Assembly (NCBI GenBank): GCA_011364985.1
Contig: RDOC01000002.1
Coordinates: 123,538-187,537, forward strand
Reading direction: 5' to 3'
From: Candidatus Thorarchaeota archaeon
Lineage (GTDB): Archaea; Asgardarchaeota; Thorarchaeia; Thorarchaeales; Thorarchaeaceae
DNA: 64,000 nt
The translations under genes and the position numbers were made by a program. The notes under the pieces were generated by a model. That model saw nothing but the letters and a program-made list of their open reading frames with translations. It was not told the DNA's origin and ran no database searches. Each line of letters begins with the position of its first letter. The first letter of the stretch is position 1. Shown here one piece after another: positions 47,958 to 57,186 of the stretch.

Positions 47958-49964
47958 TCAGTCATCATTATCAGGATAGGGGAGCCTGATCTGGCTCAGC
48001 ATGGCTGAAACATCGTCATTCCAAGTGTCGTCTTCGTTGAGTATTCGTTGGTAGAATCTCCATGAATAACTTCTGTAGGATACGACACGGTAACAAGACA
48101 AAGCCAAATCTTGTTCTGCAGCCTTCCCTGGCAATTCTATCATTATTTGGCGAGCAATTGAGGGTGGAACTCGGGCCATTATCAATGACCATCTTCCCCC
48201 TCTTGCTACAAAGACTGTAGCTGAAGGTGAATGTTTCAAAAACCCTTGGACAAATGAACAAATCTGACCAGATCGACCCTGTGCAATCAATGCAATTGTC
48301 ATATGATTTCGAAATACAGGTGTATAAGATATATCAACGACAGTCTTCTTTTTCATTTCCATAATGGCATCAAGTAGCTCTTCTCTTGTAAGGCCAAGTT
48401 TCTGCAGGTATTCCAGTTGTTCAAACGATGCCAAATATCCAAGATTTGCTGTTGCATCAAGGCATTTGACCCATTTTCGCTTTGGCTGATATGGTTTTTG
48501 TCCTATCCATGTACCAAATTCACTTTCGAGTTTCTTTAGAGTTTGATTTCCAAGCAATGAGTTTTGTATTCGCTTGAAAGAAACTCTCCAGCTATTTTCA
48601 TGGAAGTCATAGAGATTTGCATTAGTAATGCTTGCAGACCAATCTAATGTTATGACATTGGGTCTAATTTTCTTTACCCGATCCACAGCCAAAGGTGGCA
48701 TTTCCATTATCTGGATATGGGGTTCTCTGTAACTCTGTGCTGCAATACTTGCTGACCATTTCATATGCTTGTGGGGCCATTGATGTGCTCTTGTAACATC
48801 TATCAAACCAACAAGCCCTAAAGCCTGTGGTCTTAAGTGAGTTCTAATTCTTAGACCAGACGCCAATAGAAGAAATCTGTTTTTCCAATTCTCCTGAGAT
48901 TCACTAGCTTCTTTTCGGGTGATTGGTAAACTAACAACAATCTTCTTTGTTCTGTTAAGCTCAGCTGTACATTCTATTGCTTTTCGGAAAACACTTGGTG
49001 TTGTTTCTACTATTCTGAACAATGCAGGTGTCCAAGGATTCCATTCTTCGTCACGTATTGCACTTGATGGCAAAGCCAATTGATGTCGAGAACTTCTCTG
49101 GATTATTCTAACATATGATGGAATATCCATGTCACTAAATTTTCGTATTACATATCCTAGCAAGAGTGTGTTAAGAACATCTAATGGATAGATTCTGTTG
49201 AAATAGTCCACAGGATCTTCTCGTGGAATATCCCATCTTGACACCAGTGTGAAAAATGCCATTATCTGTTCTCTGACTATGTCTTCATAGGCTTCAGGAA
49301 TCAGCTGCTGCATTGTATTTCTGGCATCTTTCCCCAAGCGCAGGTTTGGAATATGCACATCATGAATCAGTTTGGTCAGTTGCTCCCAAGTTGGCGATTC
49401 ACTTACCAAAACACTATTCATCCATTTCTTGGCTTTGATCAAGGATTTCTTAGAAGCAAAGAACGATGAATACTCCTCAAACTCTTCTTCAAACTCAAGT
49501 GCTCCAACCTCAAAAGGGAAAATTGGATGCGCTTCAAGGACTCTAAAATCCGATTTACTCAGGATAACAAGCCAAAGTCTGAAATCATCCACGATTCGGT
49601 GAACAAAAACAATAACATTCAATCCAGTTCTATCTATCCTGCTAAACCACCCTTTCGTTGATGGAGGGTACAATGGTTCTGGTCTATTTCCATCTACTGA
49701 ATATTGTTTCTCGGTTTTGAGTATAGGATTCAATTTGATATTCAATAGCTGACTTCTCAGAACTCTTACCGATTTACTCCCTTTGTCGATAAGAACGTCG
49801 CATTCGATTCTGAATACTTTCTCAATGTTAGCATCAATCTTCTTTTCCAGTAGAATCTGTGGACCCGTAGTATCATAGGAAAGAAGGGCTCTTTCTGGTC
49901 TCCCCTCCACCAATACCTGTACTGGCAGACAGCTGACTTGGTGACCCAAATATCTTCTCTCCAT
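47958..49964 (-). CDS. large hypothetical protein (668 aa), no recognisable motif
   Basis: Long uninterrupted ORF with an ATG start and protein-like composition. There is no P-loop, metal-cluster or nuclease signature. Confidence 0.6.
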   Translation of the reverse strand: MERRYLGHQVSCLPVQVLVEGRPERALLSYDTTGPQILLEKKIDANIEKVFRIECDVLIDKGSKSVRVLRSQLLNIKLNPILKTEKQYSVDGNRPEPLYPPSTKGWFSRIDRTGLNVIVFVHRIVDDFRLWLVILSKSDFRVLEAHPIFPFEVGALEFEEEFEEYSSFFASKKSLIKAKKWMNSVLVSESPTWEQLTKLIHDVHIPNLRLGKDARNTMQQLIPEAYEDIVREQIMAFFTLVSRWDIPREDPVDYFNRIYPLDVLNTLLLGYVIRKFSDMDIPSYVRIIQRSSRHQLALPSSAIRDEEWNPWTPALFRIVETTPSVFRKAIECTAELNRTKKIVVSLPITRKEASESQENWKNRFLLLASGLRIRTHLRPQALGLVGLIDVTRAHQWPHKHMKWSASIAAQSYREPHIQIMEMPPLAVDRVKKIRPNVITLDWSASITNANLYDFHENSWRVSFKRIQNSLLGNQTLKKLESEFGTWIGQKPYQPKRKWVKCLDATANLGYLASFEQLEYLQKLGLTREELLDAIMEMKKKTVVDISYTPVFRNHMTIALIAQGRSGQICSFVQGFLKHSPSATVFVARGGRWSLIMARVPPSIARQIMIELPGKAAEQDLALSCYRVVSYRSYSWRFYQRILNEDDTWNDDVSAMLSQIRLPYPDNDD

Positions 49965-50132
49965 CTGCAGAGAAATGCCTCAATGCAAATTTATCATTTC
50001 CTAATAGAAAGAGAATTGAAATCTCTCAGATGAGAAAAAAAAAGAATGAGGCGGACGTAACAGAACTCACAATTATCTTGGTATGAATACACCAAGAGCT
50101 TCAGAGTGTCTGATACGTCCTACATAGATTAG

Positions 50133-50215
50133 AAGGTCCAAGGTTCGGGATGAGGGATCTCTCCCGGATTCAGACCAAAGGTCCAAGGTTCGGGATGAGG
50201 GATCTCTCCCGGATT
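50133..50215. repeat. two tandem copies of a 38-nt hairpin-forming unit (period 45 nt)
   Basis: aaggtccaaggttcgggatgagggatctctcccggatt occurs at about 50133-50170 and 50178-50215. Each copy contains the stem cggga(t)gag / ctctcccg. Confidence 0.75.
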
Positions 50216-51011
50216 GCTATGACTAAACCTATCTTTGCCAATTGTCATTATTCATCAAGAATCAATGCCCTAATTCCATGCAGAAACACATTCTACAGCT
50301 TTTGTTCACAAATCAGTGGTCAAACTTCAAAATATCGCAACATAACATAAGCTGACAAGACGTTTATGAATACGAGTTAATATACTCGCATAAGAACTTA
50401 GAGTATTTGAAGACCTCTGCCCTAGTTTAAAAACGTGATATCTCTATTGCAATGGCAAATCAATACAGAGTTATTTCCTCTTTGGTAACTGTTACATATA
50501 ATAGGTTAGGAACACTCAAAACAAGGTGTTTTACAATAGTTAAGGCACACAGTATACAACTCGAACAAAAGTAGTAGCTTATCCTATTTCTTCTGAGATG
50601 GCTAAGTATGTCAACCTTCGAAGCCAATTCCATTGGTTCTTTGGTACTCCTTGTGATTGGAATGTACCAAGCATGCAGATTCGTTGGTCTGGATCAGATT
50701 ATTAGCTCTAGGATAGAACACAGTCAGAATGAGTTGTAGAATGCTCTTCCGTAGCTAGCATATGCTACTAGCACAGTACCAATCTTAGCAAGATGGAAAG
50801 CCAAGTAATATATCAGACACCTCTTGGTTTTGTCTCTGAGTACAGCAAACCTCTACTGCTGTCCATTCATGGCACTTAAAACAGAGATTGCAGCCTTAAT
50901 GCACTCTCTGACCAAGTTCTCTGGTACAATATCAAGTCTGTATTGCCTGATACTTCTCTCTCCCTGAATCCCTCATCAATGATCATTGCCATAATGGGGG
51001 GAGATAAGTGT

Positions 51012-52010
51012 CTATCCTTCGACTTTCTCAATCACGTTTCTTGGAAGCTGAATGGCAAATGTACACTCCATATCACCCTTGAGTACTGACTTTATCATCT
51101 CCACATCAAGCGGCTGGTCAAGTGCCATCTCCCAGGGCTGGACAGTAAACCCGCCACTACAATTGCAAAACGTAGCTGGAATCTCTAATTCATTATTCAT
51201 GATGGTTTCTCGTGCCCATGCGCAATGACAGGCATAGTATCTCTTCTTCTTCTCATCCTTTTCATCTAGATACTCTTTTGCCATGTAGGGAATCTTTGTA
51301 TGAATTATCTTGTCGCCATTTCGCATTCCAGTCATAACGTCTGGACGATTCTTTACATACTCGATAACATCATCGGTAATCATCTGGTTGAAGAACAACC
51401 TACCCTCATCTCTATGCTTCTCTAAGTTAGCAATGATCTCAGCTCTCTTGTTAGCAAGGTACTCGTCAATATCCTTGGCCTTTAGGAACTTCTCTCGCTC
51501 CTCTTTGTACCATTCTTTGGGTATGCCATGAGCAGTATCCACAAGGGCCTTTCTACAATCCTCAGGTGTCAATAGCTTTTCCATCTGGTCTAGTACTGCC
51601 TTTGCAACCTTCGGCTTTTCTGTAGATGGCAATCCCAAGGGATTATCAATATCCTTGAAAATCTCATCACTCTTTCCTTTTCCAGCAACTTCCCCTATCC
51701 GTTCGCGAAGTACATCCAATACCTCCGCACCATCGAGTAGTTCCAAGACCGCAAGGTAGAGGTCGAAGTTCTGAATGAAATATCCATACCTTGAGAGTGC
51801 TAGGTAATTGTCATAGGTATTTGTTTCCTCTTCAATTAGCATTTTTGAAAAGTTCCTAACGTCCATCGAGGTCGCGGACTCAAGAGTTCTCCCAACCTTT
51901 TCAACGAATTTTTCAAATCTCTCAATCATTGAGATTGCAGGTACTATCTTCTCCTCGGGAATTGGTTTCTCCCTATCGGTCAGGTATATTCGATAGCCTT
52001 CTTTATCCAT
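51012..52010 (-). CDS. hypothetical protein with C-terminal Cys motif (CHC...CNCS...C)
   Basis: 332 aa with a helical N-terminal half. The C-terminus reads YYACHCAWARE...FCNCSGGF...GDMECTF. Confidence 0.6.
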   Translation of the reverse strand: MDKEGYRIYLTDREKPIPEEKIVPAISMIERFEKFVEKVGRTLESATSMDVRNFSKMLIEEETNTYDNYLALSRYGYFIQNFDLYLAVLELLDGAEVLDVLRERIGEVAGKGKSDEIFKDIDNPLGLPSTEKPKVAKAVLDQMEKLLTPEDCRKALVDTAHGIPKEWYKEEREKFLKAKDIDEYLANKRAEIIANLEKHRDEGRLFFNQMITDDVIEYVKNRPDVMTGMRNGDKIIHTKIPYMAKEYLDEKDEKKKRYYACHCAWARETIMNNELEIPATFCNCSGGFTVQPWEMALDQPLDVEMIKSVLKGDMECTFAIQLPRNVIEKVEG

Positions 52011-52263
52011 TCGTCACACCTCAGGTTTGTATTTCGGCGCTTTGTCTTTGTTTCTTAATGAAACACATGCTCGACGCAACCGAGTCAAAACCAGTCTAGC
52101 AATAATTGACAGCCAACTCCAATTCGATGTGCCTCTCGAAATGGCGCCAAACCAAGTAATATCAGAGATAAGTAGTAGACTCGGAATACTGCAAATCCTA
52201 CAATTTCGTAGATAATATCTCTTGAAGAATGCCAGAAAATGTGTTAGATTTTCACTTATTCGA

Positions 52264-52587
52264 TTAAAAATCATGAATTTCTGCACCTTCTTCTTCAAGC
52301 GTATCTTCTATCTCTTTCAATATCTCATTCCTATTCTCAGAACTTATCTTGCGCCCTATCAGATTGAATCTAACCTCGTTCTCAATGTCTTCTGAGGATA
52401 AGATTTGGGTCTTAACCTCCTCAGAGGGTAAAGATAGTAATGTCAATTCCACAAAGTCTGTTTCATTCTCCACATTGCACAAATGGACGATGACATCTAG
52501 CCTTCTTCTACGCCTACCTTCCTCAAGACGAACACCGACAAATCGCAGTTCAGGGATCTCTTCTGGAACTACCTCTTCACCCTCCAT
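52264..52587 (-). CDS. small acidic protein, paralog of 61060..61497
   Basis: Its roughly 77-aa core (VIVHLCNVENETDFVELTLLSL...EVRFNLIGRKISSENRNEILKEIEDTLEEEGAEI) is over 50 percent identical by eye to the C-terminus of the 145-aa ORF. Confidence 0.6.
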   Translation of the reverse strand: MEGEEVVPEEIPELRFVGVRLEEGRRRRRLDVIVHLCNVENETDFVELTLLSLPSEEVKTQILSSEDIENEVRFNLIGRKISSENRNEILKEIEDTLEEEGAEIHDF

Positions 52588-52679
52588 TTGAATCCAATCA
52601 GACTCTGCTGACTCTAGCTTCTCGATAATGCCCCATTATGGCACTCTGAATCCTGGAATACTCAAATAGAATGTGTACC

Positions 52680-53442
52680 AATCGCAGGCTCACAAGAGAT
52701 TCTGCGTCGATGTTAACATCTTATCTCCGGTTGGATTCAATATCCACAAGCTGGCTACACTCTGCTAAGAGCTCTCTATGTTGCAATTGGTCGTTTGAAG
52801 AACATCAGAAATACAGCGCACAAGGGTAATTTCAAGGGAAGAAAGTTCAGGGGCATGATACACTCATGGGCCTTTGCTAGGATTACTGAAAGCCTTAGGC
52901 ATGGGCTTACTCAGCTTGGGTGGAAGGCTGATGGAAAAAACTCTCGTTTTCGAGTTGTGCCTGAAATTTAGACTTCTATCATGTACTGGAAGTGTGGAGC
53001 TAAGGGAATACGACCCAAACAGAGCTACTTCAGATGCCTTTCGTGTGGTCGCCAGACAAATGCTGATAGGAATGGAGCCATCAATATCGCCGGACGCCTT
53101 ATTACGCTTACAAAGTCATTGCACTCTGTGAGAGGACTAGGTAAGTGGGCCGACTCTGTCCAGAGGACAGGGAAGCGTTCACGACTGAAAGCCCGAAAGA
53201 AGAAGCCTTCTCAAGGGAAGTCCTTACTCTCAAGAATGGAACAATCATCAAGTTCCAGAGAGTCCGCGGCTGTTCACTTTGTTCAATCGGACCTTACCAG
53301 TTTCAGCGATGACACTGAAAAGAGTGATCATGACCCCGCCATGGAAAGAACTGTGGAAAAGCTCTCTGTTGCTGGAAGTGATGCAGCCAGAATTCGACAG
53401 GAGAAAGAAGTCAGGTCTTCAGGAGGGATCCCATCCCAATGA
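52680..53442 (+). pseudogene. tnpB: TnpB (IS200/IS605-type RNA-guided nuclease) 3' portion, degraded
   Basis: One frame reads HLISGWIQ...VAIGRLKNIR...HSWAFARI...VVPEI*TSIMYWKCG...FRCLSCGRQTNADRNGAINIAG. A TAG at about 52969 replaces the Tyr of the YTS motif. The RuvC-II Glu position is Gly, and the N-terminal roughly 230 aa are absent. Confidence 0.7.
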
Positions 53443-53632
53443 AGGTTGACAATGCTCTTGCTAATTCTTGTATTTCAAATGAAATACGAAGAGGTGGTGA
53501 CACTGGCAGGAGAAGGGCGGAACACAGAGGTTTCTTACAGTTGTGTTCACTCACAAGAAATTGTAAGAAATAGGTTGTAATACAGGTGCTTTAGTACCCT
53601 AGTACGAAACAACACCGTGGTGGATTGTTACG

Positions 53633-53920
53633 ATGGAGGCAATAGAAGCCAAGATAAAGCATGGTCTTGAAGATAAGGGAATAAAATGCCAATCAGTGTA
53701 TAGAATCCCTGATCCTGATGACCCAAGACTACTACTATCATTTCATTCACATGATTCCCAGAAGATTACAACGATGCGAATCCAGCATGTCCTGAACTCT
53801 CTTGGAGTTGGTGAGTTCAATGTTCCCAAGGAATTTCAGCGTCTGAGTGCTGCTTTTCTCCATCTAGAAGTATCAATGGGAGCTAAGACAGAGAAGAAAA
53901 TCGCTCCTCGTGCCACATAG
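53633..53920 (+). CDS. hypothetical protein (95 aa)
   Basis: ATG-started ORF with no motif. Confidence 0.35.
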   Translation: MEAIEAKIKHGLEDKGIKCQSVYRIPDPDDPRLLLSFHSHDSQKITTMRIQHVLNSLGVGEFNVPKEFQRLSAAFLHLEVSMGAKTEKKIAPRAT

Positions 53921-53980
53921 TTCGTTTTGATGAACACAGCAGCCGTCTTTCTTATGTACTATCTCGCATAATACCATCCC

Positions 53981-54736
53981 ATGGATCTCAAACTGAATAA
54001 ACGAGTCTATTTGGTGACGGCAGCCTCACGCGGTCTTGGCTTTGGAGTTGCTGAAGCACTGGTTCGCGAAGGTGCTAATGTAGTAATCTGTGGTCGTACT
54101 GAAGAATCCTTGAAGAAAGCTGCAGCCAAGCTTGGTAAACAGGCCAAGCATTTAATGGCAGATGTTTCAAAGGAGAGAGATATCGATTCACTAGTCGAAT
54201 TCGTAGATGAGAACTTCAAGAAACTGGACGGTCTCTTTGTCAATGCAGGCGGTCCTCCTCCAGGAAAGTTCTCTGACATCTCTGACTCCGACTGGGAGAA
54301 GGCATTCCATCTCACATTGATGAGCGCAGTCTGGCTCACTAGGAAGTCGCTACCTCTACTAGAGAAATCGGACGCTCCTTCAGTACTCTATAGCACATCA
54401 ATCTCAGTGAAGCAACCAATTGACAATCTCCTCTTATCAAATGCTCTTAGACCTGGAGTCATCGGACTGATGAGAAGCATCTCTCCAGAGCTTGGGCCAA
54501 AGGGCGTTCGGATCAATGCCATCTGCCCGGGCTACATCTACACTGCCCGTGTTGAAGAACTAATGTCTAGCAACGAGTCTGCAAAAGATGCAATAGAGTC
54601 CCGAATTCCTCTAGGGCGAATGGGGACTCCAAGCGAGTTCGGTACAACCTGTGCATTCCTGCTAAGCCCCGTGGCCAGCTATATACACGGAGCATTGCTT
54701 CTGATAGATGGTGGACTCTATCAGGGAATGATGTAA
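53981..54736 (+). CDS. short-chain dehydrogenase/reductase (FabG-like)
   Basis: TAASRGLG cofactor motif, NAGG, and the active-site region with S...Y/K-equivalent spacing. Confidence 0.8.
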   Translation: MDLKLNKRVYLVTAASRGLGFGVAEALVREGANVVICGRTEESLKKAAAKLGKQAKHLMADVSKERDIDSLVEFVDENFKKLDGLFVNAGGPPPGKFSDISDSDWEKAFHLTLMSAVWLTRKSLPLLEKSDAPSVLYSTSISVKQPIDNLLLSNALRPGVIGLMRSISPELGPKGVRINAICPGYIYTARVEELMSSNESAKDAIESRIPLGRMGTPSEFGTTCAFLLSPVASYIHGALLLIDGGLYQGMM

Positions 54737-54743
54737 GCCATAC

Positions 54744-55721
54744 CTAGAGTTTGAAGTCAGAAGGGTCGACCTCACCCAATCTCAGGAGTGCCATCTTAGC
54801 ATAATCGCGGGTTTGCTCATCGGGGTCGTTTACCAGAGTCCTGAGCGTGCCGGCAGCTGGCGGATAGGATGCAACTCCCATCGCCCATGCAGCCACTCGT
54901 TTCACATCCAAGTCTTCTGATGTCAGCAGTTCAGCAATCGCTCTAAGGATAATCTCCGAGCGTTTCTCAATCACTAGACGAATCATTCGAACCTGCTCGT
55001 TTGGCTCAACTCGTGCGATTGTATCAGCTAGCCCCTGCAGGGCCCTAGCATTATCCATATCACGAAGTGCACGAATTGACCAATCCCTGACCTCTTCATC
55101 GGGGTCCTCAAGAGCTGCAAGAAGACAGTGAACAGACTCAGGAGAGCTTATGCTACTCAGTGCCCATGCTCCGGACCGCCGTAGCTCGACCAAAGGGTCG
55201 CCCAGCAAGGCACAGAGTGCTCCAATCGTTTCATCATCTGTTACCTTGGTGAGGGCATAGACCGCTTCCTTACGAACTCTGATATCCTCTTCTCGATTTT
55301 TCGCAAGTCTTCGAAGTGTCTGGCCATAGTTCCTTGGATCACTACTCCCGAGAATATGAACCGCCCATTTTCTGGCTTCAAACTCCTCCTCAGTATCAGT
55401 GAGAATGCGTGTCACATCTTCATTAAGAGAGTCGACTCTGGTTCTGTAGACCGCCTGGAGTCCCCGAACCCGAGTGGTGTTATCCTTGTCCGCAATAGCT
55501 TTCTCAAGGACGGGTATAGCAATCTTGCTGGGGAGCAAATCAATCAACCCCAAAAGGCGGTATTTTAGGTTGATAATGTTCTTCTCTTCGGACAGCTCGA
55601 AGATCCTTGACACTGCTACCTTGAATTCTTCTGGATTATTGATAACATACTCTGCAAGCTCTCTGCGATGTTCAGCGTCTTCCACTCCTGCCAGCTTTTC
55701 GAGAATGAAATTCACAGACAA
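54744..55721 (-). CDS. HEAT-repeat (PBS-lyase-type) protein
   Basis: Repeated D..VR..A..AL(G) units throughout its 325 aa. Confidence 0.7.
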   Translation of the reverse strand: MSVNFILEKLAGVEDAEHRRELAEYVINNPEEFKVAVSRIFELSEEKNIINLKYRLLGLIDLLPSKIAIPVLEKAIADKDNTTRVRGLQAVYRTRVDSLNEDVTRILTDTEEEFEARKWAVHILGSSDPRNYGQTLRRLAKNREEDIRVRKEAVYALTKVTDDETIGALCALLGDPLVELRRSGAWALSSISSPESVHCLLAALEDPDEEVRDWSIRALRDMDNARALQGLADTIARVEPNEQVRMIRLVIEKRSEIILRAIAELLTSEDLDVKRVAAWAMGVASYPPAAGTLRTLVNDPDEQTRDYAKMALLRLGEVDPSDFKL

Positions 55722-55736
55722 TTCCTCATGACGACT

Positions 55737-56741
55737 CTAGTAAATCTTGAAGGCATCAACGTTCGGTTTTCGCCATCCTTCCTTATGACTATCATGCTTG
55801 AGAACATTGTAGTATGCTGCCATCTGTAGTGCAATCGAGTTGGATATTGCTTGTCCAAGGCTGGTCCGAAGACCGATTTCTTCTGGTGTGAATAGATGAT
55901 AGCTACGCATCTTTAGAGTATCCAGAAGGGCATGCAAATACCTTCGATCATCCTCCTTTGGAGGCGAGTCAGTGATTAGCACAGCTCCATCATCTTTATT
56001 GATAGTTAACACGTAATGATGTCGGAAGTCCTCCCAGAGAGCGGTCGTGCTTTGCAATACCCCATACTCGTTAAACTTCATCATGCCAACTTGTGCAGCT
56101 GTATAATTCGCCCCCTCTGATATCATGAAAAGGGGTTTTCCAAGAATGGGAACTTCTGCAATCTGTTTTCCAATTTTCTCCGCCCAGTCAACAATTTTCT
56201 TTCCGCCGCTCTTGAGCAGATTAACATCACTGGAAATCTTGGTTTGTTGAGCTTCCTGATTTTCAACAGATAGTCTAAGGAGGTAGGCCATGGCTGCGGT
56301 GGTTATTGATGAGGGACTGATATTGTACGATGTAGCCCCTGATTTGGTTGTCCAAGTATAATCTGCATACCCAACAGTATCCCTGTCTTCTTTGTCAGTC
56401 AATAGAACCGTTGCTGCCTTTGATTCTTGAGCGAGTTTCAAGGCATCAACTGTTGCCAAGCTTCTTCCTGAAGCGCTTACACCAATAACAACACAGTCCT
56501 TGTCAAGGTGAACCTGTGTGAGTTCCGAGGGGGACAGGGTAACTGCGTTCATTCCCTGCCTTAGAAAGGCCCATTTTCCATAATCTGCTGCGGCAAGGGA
56601 GTCGCCACATCCGGTCAATATAATCAATCGTTTATCATGCAGAATGGTGGCATCTTGAGTATTTACAGCAGCAAGGGTGTTGGCAATTGAGGTTTCCTGT
56701 TTTCTAATTGCAACATAACAAGCATCCAAGAACTCGGTCAT
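55737..56741 (-). CDS. tandem SIS-domain sugar-phosphate isomerase/deglycase-like protein
   Basis: LTGCGDSLAAA and GVSASGRS..T SIS motifs, with a second SIS-like half. Confidence 0.7.
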   Translation of the reverse strand: MTEFLDACYVAIRKQETSIANTLAAVNTQDATILHDKRLIILTGCGDSLAAADYGKWAFLRQGMNAVTLSPSELTQVHLDKDCVVIGVSASGRSLATVDALKLAQESKAATVLLTDKEDRDTVGYADYTWTTKSGATSYNISPSSITTAAMAYLLRLSVENQEAQQTKISSDVNLLKSGGKKIVDWAEKIGKQIAEVPILGKPLFMISEGANYTAAQVGMMKFNEYGVLQSTTALWEDFRHHYVLTINKDDGAVLITDSPPKEDDRRYLHALLDTLKMRSYHLFTPEEIGLRTSLGQAISNSIALQMAAYYNVLKHDSHKEGWRKPNVDAFKIY

Positions 56742-56757
56742 TTGATTCTATCTCCTT

Positions 56758-57132
56758 TCACAGCATGTTGACATCAGGTGGTTCATATCCTAATTGCCTA
56801 ATCAGTCCAACTATCAGTCCATGGTGATGGATTTCATCAGTGGCTAGGTGCACTAAGACCTTTTTCACTGTGAAGCTCACAGTCTGGTTGCCCATCGTAC
56901 ACTCTTCACATGGTGTAGTGTGTCAGAGTGAAGATTTCAAAGTATTCCCTAGTTCTTGTTTCCGATTCTTTCATGGCAACAGAAATACTGTTGAAACCGT
57001 CCGAATATTCTTTCTCAGGCAATTGATGCTCTTCTTCTTGAGCTTGTCATCTGACAACTTCTGAAGAACATCTAGAATGGGTTCTCTAACAGCATAGTTG
57101 TGCTCCAGCAGCATCTCTATACAGGACATCAT
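56758..57132 (-). pseudogene. DinB-family protein gene disrupted by two frameshifts
   Basis: Three frames in series. First: MMSCIEMLLEHNYAVREPILDVLQKLSDDKL. Second: LPEKEYSDGFNSISVAMKESETRTREYF. Third: VLVHLATDEIHHHGLIVGLIRQLGYEPP (the DinB C-terminal His motif). The track contains no ORF of 60 aa or more here. Confidence 0.55.
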
Positions 57133-57186
57133 AGATGAAAAACCATCTAATCGTGTTTATCAGATTCACGTTTGGATGCTATTCTA

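Noticed and set aside
50133-50215. The tandem repeat considered as a mini-CRISPR array.
   Set aside because: There are only two units separated by 7 nt, so there is no spacer-sized interval. No cas genes occur in the window. I report it as a plain tandem hairpin repeat instead.
51012-52010. The N-terminal half of the 332-aa protein as a phage-integrase SAM-like domain.
   Set aside because: The impression rests only on helical periodicity. There is no catalytic recombinase domain and no conserved residues that I can point to.
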